Positions 62,460-64,000 of a DNA stretch of 64,000 nucleotides are shown one piece after another; positions within the stretch are counted from its first letter, which is position 1; each line of letters starts with the position of its first letter. The notes beneath the pieces are model-generated. The model was not told the origin of the DNA. It ran no database searches and worked only from the letters and a program-made list of their open reading frames with translations. The position numbers and the translations under genes are program-made. Source of the stretch: Podospora anserina (taxonomy: Eukaryota); the NCBI GenBank assembly GCA_017654855.1, contig CM030334.1, forward strand, positions 3,348,001 to 3,412,000. Reading direction: 5' to 3'.

Positions 62460-64000
62460 ATGTATTTACCATCGTCAGACTTTCGCAACATCCGTCACTG
62501 GATCCACAATTGCGACCGCCTGCACACCGATTGCCCACCGACGCCGAATCAGTATCGCCAACCTCACGAAATCCCGTCATGGGTTCTTGACCTACGGAAT
62601 GGTTGTATCGTGCCTGGCAGCACAGCCTCCCGCTACGTGGCTCTCAGCTACGTCTGGTCGACGATTGAGAGTGAGAAGCTCACCCTCGAGCTGTGGACCG
62701 GCAACCTACGTCAGTTCCAAAAGAGCGGCTTCCTTGATGGCATGAAGCAGGGCTTCCTCCCCGAAGTTATCAGCGACGCCATCGATCTTGTCAAGCAGCT
62801 AGGGGAAAGATACCTGTGGGTTGATCGTCTGTGTATCGTGCAAGATGGGAGGATGAAACGAAGCGAGATCGAGAACATGGACAACATCTACTCCGGAGCT
62901 TACTTCACCATCATCGCTGCTGCTTCGCCAGGCTTGTATGTCAATCTCGACCGGCGGCATCGTGCACCCATGGGGGTTTCTTTCTTCCACCGGTATCTGT
63001 ACGATAAGCTCCTAAAGTCCAAATGGGCTACGCGAGGGTGGACATTCCAGGAACAGGTTCTTTCGCGACGCTCCATCATCTTCGTGAACGGGGATGTATT
63101 TTGGGACTGTCGGAACTCTTTATGGAGCCATGAGAACCCTGGCCCTCGGAAGGAAGCAGGCGAGGGATATGACACATACTCTCAGAAACAGATTGATAAC
63201 CATGAGATGGCGGTTACGGTGCCATCGACCGCCTTCGCCGACTTTAGACTTTACAGAGAGCTTGTCTGCCTCTACAGCGGCCGTGACCTGACATATGCGC
63301 AGGATGTCCTGTCAGCCTTTATGGGAATCATCAACGAACTCTCACACACCTTTCCTGGTGGGTTCGTCGGTGGTCTACCTGTTCTGTTTCTGGATGCCGC
63401 GCTACTGTGGCAGCCATTCAGCAAGGGCAAACGAAGAGTCTGGACGCAAGGGAGATCCGAGGATGCGGACATGCCCAAAACCAACCTCCCATCTTGGTCA
63501 TGGTGCGGCTGGCACGCTGTTGTCGATCCGGAGAGCTTGCATGTGCGCTCTCTGGAGTGGCTACGTCCACAAATGCGGACTAAACCAATTGTGACGTGGT
63601 CAGTTTTGTCGGAGGACCTGCGCCTCGAAAGGAAACTGCCCGAGTCAAGGATTCTGGAAAACTATTGCAGACGCTTCCTGGACTGGGGCGACTGGGATAC
63701 CCCTCCGGGTTGGTCACGCCACGACATCAGGTACCCTCCTCCCAGGAATAGCACATGGACATACTGTGACACGCGCTCGCCCAAGCTCGACCCTAATCTA
63801 TTCTACACGTTCACCCACATTTCAGATCCTAGCAAGCTGTTCTGTCATCCCATCCCGATGGTGAACCCAGGAAGGAAGCCCACGGCCCACCCCCAAAACT
63901 GGCCGTACCTCCACTGTGAAGCAACGACGGGATGTTTCAAGATCCAGTCAATTCTCAGCCGAAAGTCGTCAGCCCAAGTGAAGCGCGAGGAGTCCCGTAT
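62460..64000 (+). CDS. HET-domain protein (TOL-like), truncated by the window end
   Basis: Open frame from ATG 62460 to the end of the window, missing from the ORF track because it has no stop. Motifs 'RYVALSYVW', 'LPEVISDAIDLVKQLGERYLWVDRLCIVQD', 'MDNIYSGAYFTIIAA', 'WATRGWTFQEQVLSRR' and 'LPSWSWCGW'. Confidence 0.92.
   Translation, partial: MYLPSSDFRNIRHWIHNCDRLHTDCPPTPNQYRQPHEIPSWVLDLRNGCIVPGSTASRYVALSYVWSTIESEKLTLELWTGNLRQFQKSGFLDGMKQGFLPEVISDAIDLVKQLGERYLWVDRLCIVQDGRMKRSEIENMDNIYSGAYFTIIAAASPGLYVNLDRRHRAPMGVSFFHRYLYDKLLKSKWATRGWTFQEQVLSRRSIIFVNGDVFWDCRNSLWSHENPGPRKEAGEGYDTYSQKQIDNHEMAVTVPSTAFADFRLYRELVCLYSGRDLTYAQDVLSAFMGIINELSHTFPGGFVGGLPVLFLDAALLWQPFSKGKRRVWTQGRSEDADMPKTNLPSWSWCGWHAVVDPESLHVRSLEWLRPQMRTKPIVTWSVLSEDLRLERKLPESRILENYCRRFLDWGDWDTPPGWSRHDIRYPPPRNSTWTYCDTRSPKLDPNLFYTFTHISDPSKLFCHPIPMVNPGRKPTAHPQNWPYLHCEATTGCFKIQSILSRKSSAQVKREESR

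Noticed and set aside
51485-64000. Mobile element (e.g. Starship) inserted near the tRNA
   Set aside because: No tyrosine recombinase, transposase, terminal repeats or target duplication seen within the window.

Overview
Eukaryotic DNA from a filamentous ascomycete. Short GT..CTRAC..YAG introns, HET-domain genes, a fungal NLR and C-rich gene starts with G-rich gene ends suggest a Sordariales fungus, probably Podospora-like (inference). In order, the window holds: a Zn2Cys6 transcription factor followed by about 10 kb without a convincing gene, an HSL-like lipase, a Dlt1-like membrane protein, poorly conserved ORFs, a spliced gene interrupted by an in-frame TAG, a glycine-zipper protein, a HET gene with a decayed 3' paralog, HMG-CoA lyase, deoxyhypusine synthase, an Snt1-like SANT protein, a beta-lactamase-family hydrolase, Bud6/Aip3, a GPI-type cell-wall protein, tRNA-Gln(CTG), an MFS transporter, a fructosamine-kinase-family gene, a hydrolase-NACHT-WD40 NLR and a second HET gene running off the end. 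The best leads are: (1) a premature TAG in a predicted hairpin loop, a candidate for sexual-stage A-to-I stop correction; (2) degenerate but tightly phased 21-bp AGGCCT-core arrays, two of them just past stop codons; (3) an adjacent NLR + HET gene pair; (4) a start codon split by an intron in the Snt1-like gene. Exon models were read by eye and no database searches were run.
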